Assembly (NCBI GenBank): GCA_965209055.1
Contig: OZ242374.1
Span: 224,001-288,000 of the forward strand
Direction: 5' to 3'
DNA from: Acidobacteriota bacterium
Lineage (GTDB): Bacteria > Acidobacteriota > UBA6911 > RPQK01 > JAJDTT01
Length of the DNA stretch: 64,000 nt
Part shown: positions 29,140 to 40,448 of the stretch, piece after piece
Layout of the letters: every line of letters begins with the position of its first letter
Position numbering within the stretch: the stretch's first letter is position 1
The notes under the pieces: model-generated
Told to the model about the DNA's origin: nothing
What the model saw: the letters and a program-made list of their open reading frames with translations, nothing else
Databases searched by the model: none
Translations under genes and position numbers: made by a program

Positions 29140-32100
29140 ATGACAAGGAAACCCTCGCGCCTCGCTCTGGCGGCGGCTTTGGCACTGTTCGCCTGCGCTA
29201 GTGTCCTGGGCCAGCAGATCTCAGGGACCATAACCGGCAACGTGGCCGATACTTCCGGCGCAGTGCTTCCCGGAGCGGAGGTCACCGCCACGAATACGGC
29301 CACGGGAGTGGATTCGGGGGCCCTGGTCAATGACCAGGGACTCTATCGCATCCCCAATCTCCCTCCCGGCATCTACGATCTCACCGCCTCCCTGCCCGGT
29401 TTCAAGACCACGGTAATCAGTGGCATCGAGGTCCGGGTCGACAGCGTGGTGAGGCGGGACGTGGCCCTCGACGTGGGCGCAATCGCCGATCAGGTGACCG
29501 TGGAAGCGTCCCGGAACGTGGTCGAGTCGGAGGAGCCCTCGCTGGGTGAAGTGGTCGGAGAGACGGAGATTCTCGAGCTGCCCTCGGGTGAAAAGAACTT
29601 CATGACCCTGGCCAGCATCACCCCCGGAGTGACGCCCGAACTCCCCACCGGCGAGTTCGGTTCCTCCTACGCGAACCGGAGCAACCTGCAGGTGGCCATT
29701 TCGGGACAGAGGCACGTATCGACCAACGTCCTCTTCGACGGCATTCCCAGCAAGGAGTTCTACATCGGTTTGGTGGCCACGGTCCCGGCGGTGGAGACGC
29801 TGCAGGAGTTCAAGGTCCAGAAAGGGTACTTCGCCGGCAACTACGACAATGCCGCCGTCATCAACGTGGTGACCAAATCGGGCACCAACGAAATCCACGG
29901 CACGCTCTGGGAGGCGCATCAGAACGACAACACCAACGCCCGCAGCTTCTTCGACGTGGGCAGCCCGGAGACCCTGCGCAACCAGTACGGTTTCGAGGTG
30001 GGGGGGCCGATTCTTTCCGACCGGTTGTTCTGGTATGGAAGTTATGAGGAGATCCGTGGCCGGGAGTCCGGGACCGGGAGAGGGAGCGTTCCCAATGCCG
30101 GATGGCTGAACGGCGACTTCTCCGATCTACTCCCCGGCACCCAACTGGTCGATCCCATAACCGGAAACCCGTTCAACAACAACCAGATCCCGAGTTCTCG
30201 AATCGACGGCTTCGCTCAGACCTGGATGGAACGGGGATTCATTCCGGGTCCCACGCATCCGGGAGCGGCGCTGAACTACATCGGCCCCACGCTGACTGTC
30301 GTGGACGAAAACAAATTGCTGGTGCGGTTCGACTACGCGCCCTCCGAGAGCGACAAGTTCTTCGGCCGCTATTCCTACAGCCGGTCGGACCGGTTTGAGG
30401 ACCGGATCATTCGGGAGGACTCGACCCGCCCGCTGCACGCGGACAACATGGTGGTCGATTGGGTTCACGTCTTCGGTCCCGCACTGACCCTCAATCTCAA
30501 GGGAGGTCTCAACCGCGTGGACTTCTCGGCTGCCGGCCGGTCCCAGGACACCGAGACCAATTGGGGTCAGGTGTTCGGCGTAAAAAACATCAATGTCGTT
30601 CCGGTGTGCAACCGAGTGCTCTCCCTGGGCATCGGCGGAGTCGGGGGCTTCGGGACCTGGAGCAACAACTGCGAAGAGCCGGTTCAAAAGGACCAGCACT
30701 ACCTAGTCAATCTGAACTGGATCGAAGGAAGACACCAGGTCATGCTGGGTGCGGAGGTGCGGAGAAAGCGCCAGGATCTGGCCATCGTGAGCGGTCACGC
30801 CGGGCGTTTCACCTTCAACAACAGATTCAGCGGGCACAATTTCGCCGACTTCCTGCTCGGGTATCCCAGCGGTATCGATGGGGTCAACTACCAGAACCCG
30901 GTCAAGAAGCACGCCTTCTGGTACAACGGCTTCATTCAGGACGACATCAAAGTGACCCAGAACTTCACTCTTTCGTTAGGAATGAGGTATCAGGTCTATC
31001 CTTGGGAATCCGATGAAGACCACCTCATCATGCTGTTCATTCAGGAGGGTGACGGAAGCACGATCCAGGCCTCGCCCGAAAGGCCGAGACTGGTGGACAT
31101 CGACGCCAACGACTTCGCGCCCCGCATCGGGTTCGCCTGGACGCCGAACGGGCGTGACGATCTCGCCATCCGTAGCAGCTTCGGGGTCTTCTACGACGAC
31201 GTGCCGGGCAACGACCGGGGCTGGGACTCCATCGGACCCAGCGTGGGCGTCGGCCAGAACTTCATCAGCGACCTCCTGACCCCCACCCTGCGCACCACGG
31301 GGCAGCTCCCGGATCCGCCGGCCATCGAGCCCACCTCCATCATGGGGCCCAACGTCTTCTTCATCATGAACAGTGAGACGAAGCGGCGGGATCCCTATCA
31401 GCAGGTCTGGACGCTGAGCCTCCAGAAGACCTGGGGTTCCGACCTGTTCACCGAGATCGCCTACGTCGGGTCCCACGGCATTCACATGTCCAAGCGCCGC
31501 AACCTCAACGTCCTGCACCAGGCTCAGCCGCCCGAATGCGGGGCCGAGTGCCGGATTTCCAAGCGGCGCTTCAAGAACTTCGCCTGGATCCTGACCGACC
31601 AGGGTGAAGGCCAAGCCTACTATCACGGGTTGGAGAGCAGCCTGCGCAAGCGGCTGAGCCACGGCTTCAGCTTCACCGCGGCCTATACCTACTCCAAGTC
31701 GCTGGACTGGGATTCCTTCGACAACAAGGGGGCCCGGGCCTACGTGCCAGGCAAGCCGGACAAGGGACGCAGCACCTTCGACGTGCGCCAGCGTTTCGTC
31801 ACGAGTTTCATCTACGAGACCCCCAAAATGCAGAATCTGAGTGCGGTGCCCCGGACCCTTTTCGGGGGTTGGCAGCTTTCGGGGATCGGAAGTCTGCAGA
31901 GCGGATTCGGCTTTCATCCCACGACTTCGTTCGATCCTTCCAACACCGAACAGATCGCCACCAACAAGCGGCCCGACCGCACTTGTGACGGAAACGGCGG
32001 CCGGGCCATCAACCAATGGTTCAGCACCAGATGTTTCCAAATGCCGGCCCTCGGCACCTTCGGCAACAGCGGCGTCCATTTTCTGGACACCGACGGGTTC

Positions 32101-32310
32101 ATCAACTTCGATTTCTCGCTGGCCAAGAACTTCTACATTCCTCAGATCAACGAGGAGAGCAAGATTCAGTTGCGGTTCGACTCCTTCAACTTCTTCAACA
32201 ACGTGAACTTCGGTAAACCGGGAAGCCGACTGGAGCGGGCCAGTTTCGGCGTCGTTTCGAGCGCCCTGCCGGGACGAATCTTCCAATTTGGACTGAGGTT
32301 TTCATTCTGA
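29140..32310 (+). CDS. Oar-type TonB-dependent receptor with N-terminal carboxypeptidase-regulatory-like domain
   Basis: GTITGNVADTSGAVLPGA, INVVTKSGTNEIHG, FIQDDIKV, FAPRIGFAW, C-terminal QFGLRFSF. Confidence 0.93.
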   Translation: MTRKPSRLALAAALALFACASVLGQQISGTITGNVADTSGAVLPGAEVTATNTATGVDSGALVNDQGLYRIPNLPPGIYDLTASLPGFKTTVISGIEVRVDSVVRRDVALDVGAIADQVTVEASRNVVESEEPSLGEVVGETEILELPSGEKNFMTLASITPGVTPELPTGEFGSSYANRSNLQVAISGQRHVSTNVLFDGIPSKEFYIGLVATVPAVETLQEFKVQKGYFAGNYDNAAVINVVTKSGTNEIHGTLWEAHQNDNTNARSFFDVGSPETLRNQYGFEVGGPILSDRLFWYGSYEEIRGRESGTGRGSVPNAGWLNGDFSDLLPGTQLVDPITGNPFNNNQIPSSRIDGFAQTWMERGFIPGPTHPGAALNYIGPTLTVVDENKLLVRFDYAPSESDKFFGRYSYSRSDRFEDRIIREDSTRPLHADNMVVDWVHVFGPALTLNLKGGLNRVDFSAAGRSQDTETNWGQVFGVKNINVVPVCNRVLSLGIGGVGGFGTWSNNCEEPVQKDQHYLVNLNWIEGRHQVMLGAEVRRKRQDLAIVSGHAGRFTFNNRFSGHNFADFLLGYPSGIDGVNYQNPVKKHAFWYNGFIQDDIKVTQNFTLSLGMRYQVYPWESDEDHLIMLFIQEGDGSTIQASPERPRLVDIDANDFAPRIGFAWTPNGRDDLAIRSSFGVFYDDVPGNDRGWDSIGPSVGVGQNFISDLLTPTLRTTGQLPDPPAIEPTSIMGPNVFFIMNSETKRRDPYQQVWTLSLQKTWGSDLFTEIAYVGSHGIHMSKRRNLNVLHQAQPPECGAECRISKRRFKNFAWILTDQGEGQAYYHGLESSLRKRLSHGFSFTAAYTYSKSLDWDSFDNKGARAYVPGKPDKGRSTFDVRQRFVTSFIYETPKMQNLSAVPRTLFGGWQLSGIGSLQSGFGFHPTTSFDPSNTEQIATNKRPDRTCDGNGGRAINQWFSTRCFQMPALGTFGNSGVHFLDTDGFINFDFSLAKNFYIPQINEESKIQLRFDSFNFFNNVNFGKPGSRLERASFGVVSSALPGRIFQFGLRFSF

Positions 32311-32315
32311 ATCAA

Positions 32316-32349
32316 GCGGGTGGGGGGCATCGGCCCCTCACCCGCGTTT
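32316..32349 (+). terminator. Hairpin after the TBDR gene (terminator or mRNA stabiliser)
   Basis: GCGGGTGGGGGGC-ATCG-GCCCCTCACCCGC followed by a short GTTT. Confidence 0.6.
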
Positions 32350-32389
32350 CCGGCCAATTCCGTTAAAAAGGACTAAGGGATAGAGGCTT

Positions 32390-33781
32390 GTGAAAGACTT
32401 TGTTCCTTGCCGCCACCTCCGTTGCCAATCATCAGGCTGCGGGCCGATTCCGTTTCCCGAGCGTCAGGCGGATCACTGCCTGACCCGCGTTACCGCCGCC
32501 TGTGGTCTTGCGTCCAGGATCGCGGCGCTTCTCCTGGTCCTGCTCGGTGCCGGTTCGATCCTCCCGGGACAGGATCGGGCCCGGGCGCAGGAGCTCTATG
32601 GGAGCGCCGTCGCCCTGCTGGAGTCGGGGGACTATGCCGGAGCCGACGAGAAGATCGGTTCCCTTCTCGCCGACTTCCCCGAAATTCCGCAAGCGCTGAA
32701 CGTGGCCGGGATTATCGCCGATCTTCGTGGGCAGCCGGAGCGATCCATCGCCTGCTTCGAGCGGGCCGTGGTCCTGCGCGACGATTTCATCGATGCTCGA
32801 AGCAACCTGGCCCGCCTCTACGCCAAGACCGGTCGTCTCCAGGAGGCCCGGCGTCAGTTCGAGCGCGTGCTCGATTGGAACCCCGCCCATCTGCCGTCGC
32901 TGAAGGGCCTGGTCGAACTGCTCAATGAAACGGGTGACTACGAAGCCGGACTGGAAAACGCAGTCCGGGCACTGGCCCAGGCGCCTGGGGACCCGGAACT
33001 GCTCCTGGTACTGGCCAAGGCTCAGTTCAAGCTGGGGCGGGAGGCGGAGGCTGCGGCAACGACCCGTCGGCTGCGCCGCCTGTTGGCCTTTGACGGCGAA
33101 GGACTCCATGCCCTGGGGCTGATGCTGTTGGAGAACGGCCGCTACGCCGATGCCGTCACGATTCTCCGCGAAGCCGGAGAACGCCAGGGGCGGGATCCGG
33201 AAATCGTCAGCTCCATGGGTATCGGCTACGGTCTGGCCCGGAAGGTCAACCAGGCCATCTCCTCTTTCCAGGAGTCCATCCGTCTGCGCCCCCGGGAACC
33301 GCAGGGATACTTTCACCTGGCTCTTGCCTATGGAATGCAGGGCCGTTTCGACGAAGCCGCCGCCGAGCTTCGCAGAGTGCTGAGATTGGACCCGGAATCC
33401 ACCGACGCGGCTCACCACTTGGGCGTCAGCCTCTACAAGCAGGGGCTCGAGGCCGAGGCGAAGCCATTCTTCACGCAGGTCCGGCAGCGGGAGCCGGACC
33501 GGGTGGAGACCCTCTACTACCTGGCTCTCATTCGTTTCCAGGAGGGCGACTACCCGAAAAGCCTGGGTCTCCTGAGCCGGGTGCTGACTTTGCAAGAGGA
33601 TCACATTTCCGCACACTACAAGGCGGCGCAGGTCAACGCCAAGCTGGGACGCCGGACGGAGGCCCAAGGGCTGCTCCGGGAGTTCAAGCGGCTGGAGTTG
33701 CAGCGGGAGCGTTCGCGGAAGGAAAGATTCCACATCTATGCAGGGGTCGGCGACGACTTCTCCGTCTTCGGAACGAATTAG
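32390..33781 (+). CDS. Tetratricopeptide repeat protein, exported
   Basis: Multiple TPR-like repeats (ARSNLARLY, YFHLALAY, AHHLGVSLY); hydrophobic signal segment; start uncertain. Confidence 0.88.
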   Translation: MKDFVPCRHLRCQSSGCGPIPFPERQADHCLTRVTAACGLASRIAALLLVLLGAGSILPGQDRARAQELYGSAVALLESGDYAGADEKIGSLLADFPEIPQALNVAGIIADLRGQPERSIACFERAVVLRDDFIDARSNLARLYAKTGRLQEARRQFERVLDWNPAHLPSLKGLVELLNETGDYEAGLENAVRALAQAPGDPELLLVLAKAQFKLGREAEAAATTRRLRRLLAFDGEGLHALGLMLLENGRYADAVTILREAGERQGRDPEIVSSMGIGYGLARKVNQAISSFQESIRLRPREPQGYFHLALAYGMQGRFDEAAAELRRVLRLDPESTDAAHHLGVSLYKQGLEAEAKPFFTQVRQREPDRVETLYYLALIRFQEGDYPKSLGLLSRVLTLQEDHISAHYKAAQVNAKLGRRTEAQGLLREFKRLELQRERSRKERFHIYAGVGDDFSVFGTN

Positions 33782-33803
33782 GACGATCGGGTTCCGGGCA
33801 CGG

Positions 33804-35438
33804 ATGGCCCTGCCGGCCCTGGCGCTTTGGACCTGGCTGCCGGCGGCGCCGGTCCAATTCACCGATATTACGGCGGAGGCCGGGATTCGATTCCGGCATT
33901 TCAACGGGGCCGCCGGCCATTTCTATTTTCCCGAGATCGCCGGACCGGGAGCCGCTTTTCTCGACTATGACCGGGACGGCGACCAGGACATCTTTCTGGT
34001 CAACGGATCGAGCCTGCCGGCGCCGAACCCCGCCACCGACCCCAACAGCCAGTTGTATCGAAACGACGGCAGTGGAACTTTCACCGAGGTCACACCCCGG
34101 TCCATGATCGACCTCAGGGGGTTCTTCGGCATGGGGGCGGCAGCGGGAGACTATGACAACGACGGCGATCCGGACCTTTACGTCACCGGCTACCTGAGAA
34201 GTGTCCTCCTGGTCAACAACGGGGACGGCACCTTCCGGGACGGCACCGATGCAGCGGGAGTCCGGAACCCGGGGCACTGGGCCACCAGCGCCGGGTTTTT
34301 CGACTTCGACCGGGACGGTCTCCTGGACCTCTTCGTCTGCAACTACGTCCGGTTCGACACCGCCGTGAATCCCCCCTGCTCCGGCGGCGGATTCCGGTCC
34401 TATTGTCATCCCAGCGCCTTCGAAGGCGACCCCAACGTCCTCTACCGCAACAACGGTGACGGGACCTTCTCCGACGTGAGCGGGGAGAGCGGGATTGCGG
34501 GCGCGCGCGGAAAGTCTTTGGGAGTGGCCTTCGCCGACTATGATCGGGACGGTTGGATCGACGTGTTCGTGGCCAACGACACCGTGGCCGACTTCCTCTT
34601 CCACAACCAGGGGAATGGCACCTTCCAGGAGGTCGGTTTCCTGGCGGGCGTCGCGTACAATGAGGATGGTCATGCCCGAGCCGGAATGGGAGTGGACTTC
34701 GGCGATTACGACGGGGACGGCCGGCTGGACCTGATCGTCACCAACTTCACTTCCGAGGGAAACGCGCTCTTCCGCAACGCCGGGGATGGGTCGTTCGCCG
34801 AGGTCACCCGCCACACCGGGATCCGCAAGAACAGCTTCCTGAAGGTGGGGTTCGGCGTTCGCTTCTTCGACTACGACAACGACGCCGACCTGGATGTGAT
34901 GGCCGTGAACGGGCACGTGATTCCCCGCATCGCCGAGTACCGGGACGACACCAGCTTTCCCCAGGAAAAGCTCCTTTATGACAACCGGGAAGGGAAATTC
35001 CGGGAACGGTCGAGGGAGTCGGGAGACTGCTTTTCGGTCCGGGACGTGGGGCGGGGCGCCGCCTTCGCCGACATCGACAACGACGGCGACGTCGACGTAC
35101 TGGTGACCAACAATGCCGGCGGGGCGCAACTGCTTCGGAACGACGGCGGTAATCGAAACAACTGGCTGCTCCTGAAATTGGTCGGCGCCAAGAGCAACCG
35201 GGACGGCATCGGAGCCCGTCTCACCGCCCGCATCGGCGGCCGGGTCGTCGTCACCCAGGTCCAGCGGGCGGCCAGCTACCTGTCGAGCCAGGACCGGCGC
35301 GTGCACCTCGGGCTGGGCGCCTCCCCGATAGTGGATCGGCTGCGGATCGAGTGGCCCAGCGGCAGGTCCCAGACGATGCGCGCCCTGCCGGCCAATCGTA
35401 TTCTGACCATCGAAGAGACGGTTCGAGAAGGACCGTGA
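33804..35438 (+). CDS. CRTAC1 family protein (FG-GAP repeats + ASPIC/UnbV)
   Basis: FTDITAEAGI, repeated DYDNDGDxD and LYRNNGDGTF, C-terminal YLSSQDRRVHLGLG..IEWPSG. Confidence 0.92.
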   Translation: MALPALALWTWLPAAPVQFTDITAEAGIRFRHFNGAAGHFYFPEIAGPGAAFLDYDRDGDQDIFLVNGSSLPAPNPATDPNSQLYRNDGSGTFTEVTPRSMIDLRGFFGMGAAAGDYDNDGDPDLYVTGYLRSVLLVNNGDGTFRDGTDAAGVRNPGHWATSAGFFDFDRDGLLDLFVCNYVRFDTAVNPPCSGGGFRSYCHPSAFEGDPNVLYRNNGDGTFSDVSGESGIAGARGKSLGVAFADYDRDGWIDVFVANDTVADFLFHNQGNGTFQEVGFLAGVAYNEDGHARAGMGVDFGDYDGDGRLDLIVTNFTSEGNALFRNAGDGSFAEVTRHTGIRKNSFLKVGFGVRFFDYDNDADLDVMAVNGHVIPRIAEYRDDTSFPQEKLLYDNREGKFRERSRESGDCFSVRDVGRGAAFADIDNDGDVDVLVTNNAGGAQLLRNDGGNRNNWLLLKLVGAKSNRDGIGARLTARIGGRVVVTQVQRAASYLSSQDRRVHLGLGASPIVDRLRIEWPSGRSQTMRALPANRILTIEETVREGP

Positions 35439-35464
35439 CGTCTTGGTTTGAGGGAGGCTTGGAT

Positions 35465-36673
35465 ATGAGCAATTGCTTGAGACGCCGGGAATTTCTGAAG
35501 ATGGCAATCGCGGCAAACGCGGGGATGCCCTTTTGCGCCCCGGCGCCGCCCCTGCGGACCCGTCCCTTTATTCGGAGCGAGGATCTCTTCGTCGCGGGCG
35601 TGAACGGGGTTCGCGAGTATCGGATTCCGGCTCTGGCGACCACGGCGAAAGGGACGCTGCTGGCCCTCTGCGATGCCCGCGTGGAGGAACCGGGGGATGC
35701 CCCCAACAACATCGACCTGGTCCTGAAACGCAGCGAAGATCAGGGGGAGACCTGGTCGCGGATGGCGGTGGTGGCCGACTTTCCGGGACGCAGGGCGGCC
35801 TGCGATCCCTGCATGCTGGTCGATGGACGGACCGGTAGGGTCTGGGTGATCTACGATCATGTCTGGCCCGACCTCGAGTCTCTGGAGCGGGCGAACCAGG
35901 TTCTTCCCCAGGGGGTGATGCCGGACGGGACGGGCCGGATCATCACTTTGCACGCCATCGTCAGCGAGGACGACGGAAAGACCTGGTCTCCGCCGGAGGA
36001 CATCACCGGCCAACTCACCCAAGAGGGCTGGGTGGCCGTTATGGCCGCTCCGGGAAGAGGGATCCGGACCGCCAGCGGCCGTCTTGTCGTGCCCTGCTAC
36101 TCCCGCCGTGTGGACGGGTCCGGCCGTCAGGGCGACTACTCCTCGGTGGCCTACAGCGACGACCGGGGCCGGAGCTGGACACTGGGGTCGGCCGCCGGTC
36201 CCGCCACCAATGAATGCCAGGTGGTCGAACTGGCGAACGGAGACCTGATGCTGAACATGCGGAGCTACCATGGAAGGGGGTGCCGGGCGGTCGCCACGTC
36301 CGGCGACGGCGGCGAGTCCTGGTCGGAGTTGAGACACGACACCGAGCTGATCGAACCCCGGTGCCAAGCGAGCTTGATCGGATACGGTGCCGGGGCGGGC
36401 AGCGGCGGCTGGAATCGGCTTCTGTTCTCGAACCCGGCCCACCGCAAGGAGCGGGTCAACATGACGGTGCGGCTGAGTTCGGATTCGGGGGCCACCTGGC
36501 CGGTTTCCAGGGTCATTCATCCCGGCCCGTCGGCCTATTCGTGCCTCACGGTGCTGGAGGACGGCAAAGTCGGTCTGCTGTACGAGAATGGCTCCGGGAG
36601 CCCCTACGAGCGGATCAGCTTCGCCCGATTCAATCTGGAGTGGCTGACCGGCGGGAATGTGCCGCCGGCGTAA
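35465..36673 (+). CDS. Exo-alpha-sialidase (GH33), Tat-exported
   Basis: RRREFLK signal, YRIP, five Asp-boxes (SEDQGETW, SEDDGKTW, SDDRGRSW, SGDGGESW, SSDSGATW), TNECQ, SAYS. Confidence 0.9.
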   Translation: MSNCLRRREFLKMAIAANAGMPFCAPAPPLRTRPFIRSEDLFVAGVNGVREYRIPALATTAKGTLLALCDARVEEPGDAPNNIDLVLKRSEDQGETWSRMAVVADFPGRRAACDPCMLVDGRTGRVWVIYDHVWPDLESLERANQVLPQGVMPDGTGRIITLHAIVSEDDGKTWSPPEDITGQLTQEGWVAVMAAPGRGIRTASGRLVVPCYSRRVDGSGRQGDYSSVAYSDDRGRSWTLGSAAGPATNECQVVELANGDLMLNMRSYHGRGCRAVATSGDGGESWSELRHDTELIEPRCQASLIGYGAGAGSGGWNRLLFSNPAHRKERVNMTVRLSSDSGATWPVSRVIHPGPSAYSCLTVLEDGKVGLLYENGSGSPYERISFARFNLEWLTGGNVPPA

Positions 36674-36751
36674 ATCCCGGCGGCCTGGGATAATCGTAGT
36701 CTGGTGGGGCCGGCTGCTCCCGGCCTGCGGTCCGGACAGGAGGAATCAACC

Positions 36752-37597
36752 ATGAGACTAGCGCTGATTCAGATGGAGAGCGCCATCGGCGGACTCGACG
36801 GAAACATTGCCCGGGCCTCCCGCTTCATCGACGAAGCGGCAGCCGGAGGAGCCGAGCTCCTGGTCCTCCCCGAGTTCTGGAGCACCGGATATTTCCCCCT
36901 GTCGGTGGATTACAGCTTCTACGACCTGGCCGACAGCGACGCCGGAAAGGCCACTACGGCGGTCCGGGATAAGGCGCGGCAGCACGGAGTGCACATCGCG
37001 TCCACCATCTACGAGCGCCAGGGCCCCGGACTCTTTTACAACACCTCCATGATGGTGAGCCCCAAGGGCGAAATCGTCAGCAAGTACCGGAAGGTCCATG
37101 TCCCGGCCCGGAGAGGTCTGGAAAAACTTTTCTACCGCGGCGGTTCCAAGTTTCCCGTGGCTCCGGTGGGCGAGTGGCGGGTCGGCACCATGCTCTGCTA
37201 CGACACCCTGCTGCCCGAACCAGCCCGGTGCCTCGCCCTGAACGGGGCGGAACTGATCCTGGCGCCTTTCGGGGCGTCGACTACCGAGGGGGGGATCTGG
37301 GAACACATGATCATCACCCGGGCCTTCGAAAACGGTGCCTACGTGGCCGCCTGCAATGCGGTCGGGGAACTGCATCTTCCCGATGGCGACGTCTTCGTCC
37401 TGGGCGGCAAGAGCATCATCGTGGATCCGGAAGGGGGGATCGTGGCCGAGGCCCCGGCGTCCGGGGAGATGATCGTCTATGGAGATCTCGGGCTGGACCA
37501 GGTGAACGAGGTCCGCAACCGCTACTTCATGTTCCGGGACCGCCGGCCCGACGCGTATCGAGTCATCACCGCCGACACGGAAGACATTCCCGGGTAG
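36752..37597 (+). CDS. Carbon-nitrogen hydrolase (nitrilase superfamily amidase)
   Basis: Glu-Lys-Cys triad in LPEF, YRKVH, LCYD; RAFENG; DRRPDAY. Confidence 0.92.
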   Translation: MRLALIQMESAIGGLDGNIARASRFIDEAAAGGAELLVLPEFWSTGYFPLSVDYSFYDLADSDAGKATTAVRDKARQHGVHIASTIYERQGPGLFYNTSMMVSPKGEIVSKYRKVHVPARRGLEKLFYRGGSKFPVAPVGEWRVGTMLCYDTLLPEPARCLALNGAELILAPFGASTTEGGIWEHMIITRAFENGAYVAACNAVGELHLPDGDVFVLGGKSIIVDPEGGIVAEAPASGEMIVYGDLGLDQVNEVRNRYFMFRDRRPDAYRVITADTEDIPG

Positions 37598-37652
37598 ACG
37601 GAAAATCCCCCCGGGCCGCCATGAATTCCGGGACTTGGTTTGCCACCGATGG

Positions 37653-39305
<1,653 letters not shown>

Positions 39306-39372
39306 GTTCCGTATCGGCCTCCGGCCTGCGCCGCGGGGACCGGATGGAGCCGCCGGGAGGCGCCGCCTTCTC

Positions 39373-40440
39373 TCATCGGTTCCGGTCCGGGCAATGGCCT
39401 TCCCGGAAGGCAAAGGGGTCGGCCGATGAAGAATCCTGCGATCTCAGACGTTCGACCCGCTCCAAGGCCCGGCGCGCCAGATCGAGTTCTCCTGCCTCCC
39501 GGTAGAGCTGGGCCAGCAGGTAGTTCGGAGCGATGAACGACGGACACAGATCGATGCTTTTGCGGACAGCAGCCAAGGCATCTTCGGTACTGCCGAGATT
39601 CCGGTGGGCCTTGGCCAGAAGGAAGTAGACACGATGTTTCAGGGAGTCTTCAATTCCGGGTTCCGCCCGCGATAGCTGGCGTTTCGCTTCTTCTACCGTC
39701 CCCTGTTGCAGCAGGATCCCGGCCAGCTCCAGCCGGGCTCTGGCGTGGCCGGGATAGAGGGCGATCTCTCTTCTGAAGGCAGCCGCCGCATTTACCGGGT
39801 TGGACAGGTGGGAATGGAGCATGCCCATCTGAAAACTGAGCCATGGCCGGTTCGGTTCTCCGGAGGCAACCGTGGAATACTCCTTGAGCGCCATCTCGCT
39901 GAAGTTCAGGTTGTTGTAGCTGCGCGCCAGGGACATCCTCGCTTCGACGTTGCCGGGACTGATCTCCAGGACGCGTTTCAGCGCGGTGGCGGCATCCTCA
40001 ATGAGCCGCCTGGCCCTGGGATCGAAGGGATGCAGTCCGGATTCCTCCTGGCGGCCGAGCAGGAACTGCGCCAGATTGTAGTGGAAATCGGGCTGTTGGG
40101 GTTGGATCTCCACCGCCCTGCGAAGATGCCTCTCCGCCTCTTCGTTTTTTCCCAAGCCAGCCAGCACCATGCCGTAGAGTTCCTGGTAGACGGCATTCGA
40201 GCCGTCCTGTTCGACGGCTTGGCGGGCCAACACCGAGGCCTCCTGAAAACGGCCTTGCCGGAACTTCTCCAGGATCTGTTGGTCGAGTCCGGACTGGGAG
40301 AAAACGAGGCTCGCGGTCATGAAGCAGGAGAGAATCCACAGGCCGCCGGTGATGGATCGCCGATGAAGAGGGGGACAGGAAAGTCCCCCCTCCTGTCCCG
40401 CCTCCCACCGGGGACGGACCTGTCTTGAAATTGACGTCAA
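39373..40440 (-). CDS. Tetratricopeptide repeat protein, exported
   Basis: TPR-like repeats (FHYNLAQFL, ARLELAGIL, NYLLAQLY); signal-like segment; start uncertain. Confidence 0.82.
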   Translation of the reverse strand: MTSISRQVRPRWEAGQEGGLSCPPLHRRSITGGLWILSCFMTASLVFSQSGLDQQILEKFRQGRFQEASVLARQAVEQDGSNAVYQELYGMVLAGLGKNEEAERHLRRAVEIQPQQPDFHYNLAQFLLGRQEESGLHPFDPRARRLIEDAATALKRVLEISPGNVEARMSLARSYNNLNFSEMALKEYSTVASGEPNRPWLSFQMGMLHSHLSNPVNAAAAFRREIALYPGHARARLELAGILLQQGTVEEAKRQLSRAEPGIEDSLKHRVYFLLAKAHRNLGSTEDALAAVRKSIDLCPSFIAPNYLLAQLYREAGELDLARRALERVERLRSQDSSSADPFAFREGHCPDRNR

Positions 40441-40448
40441 TCCTGCTC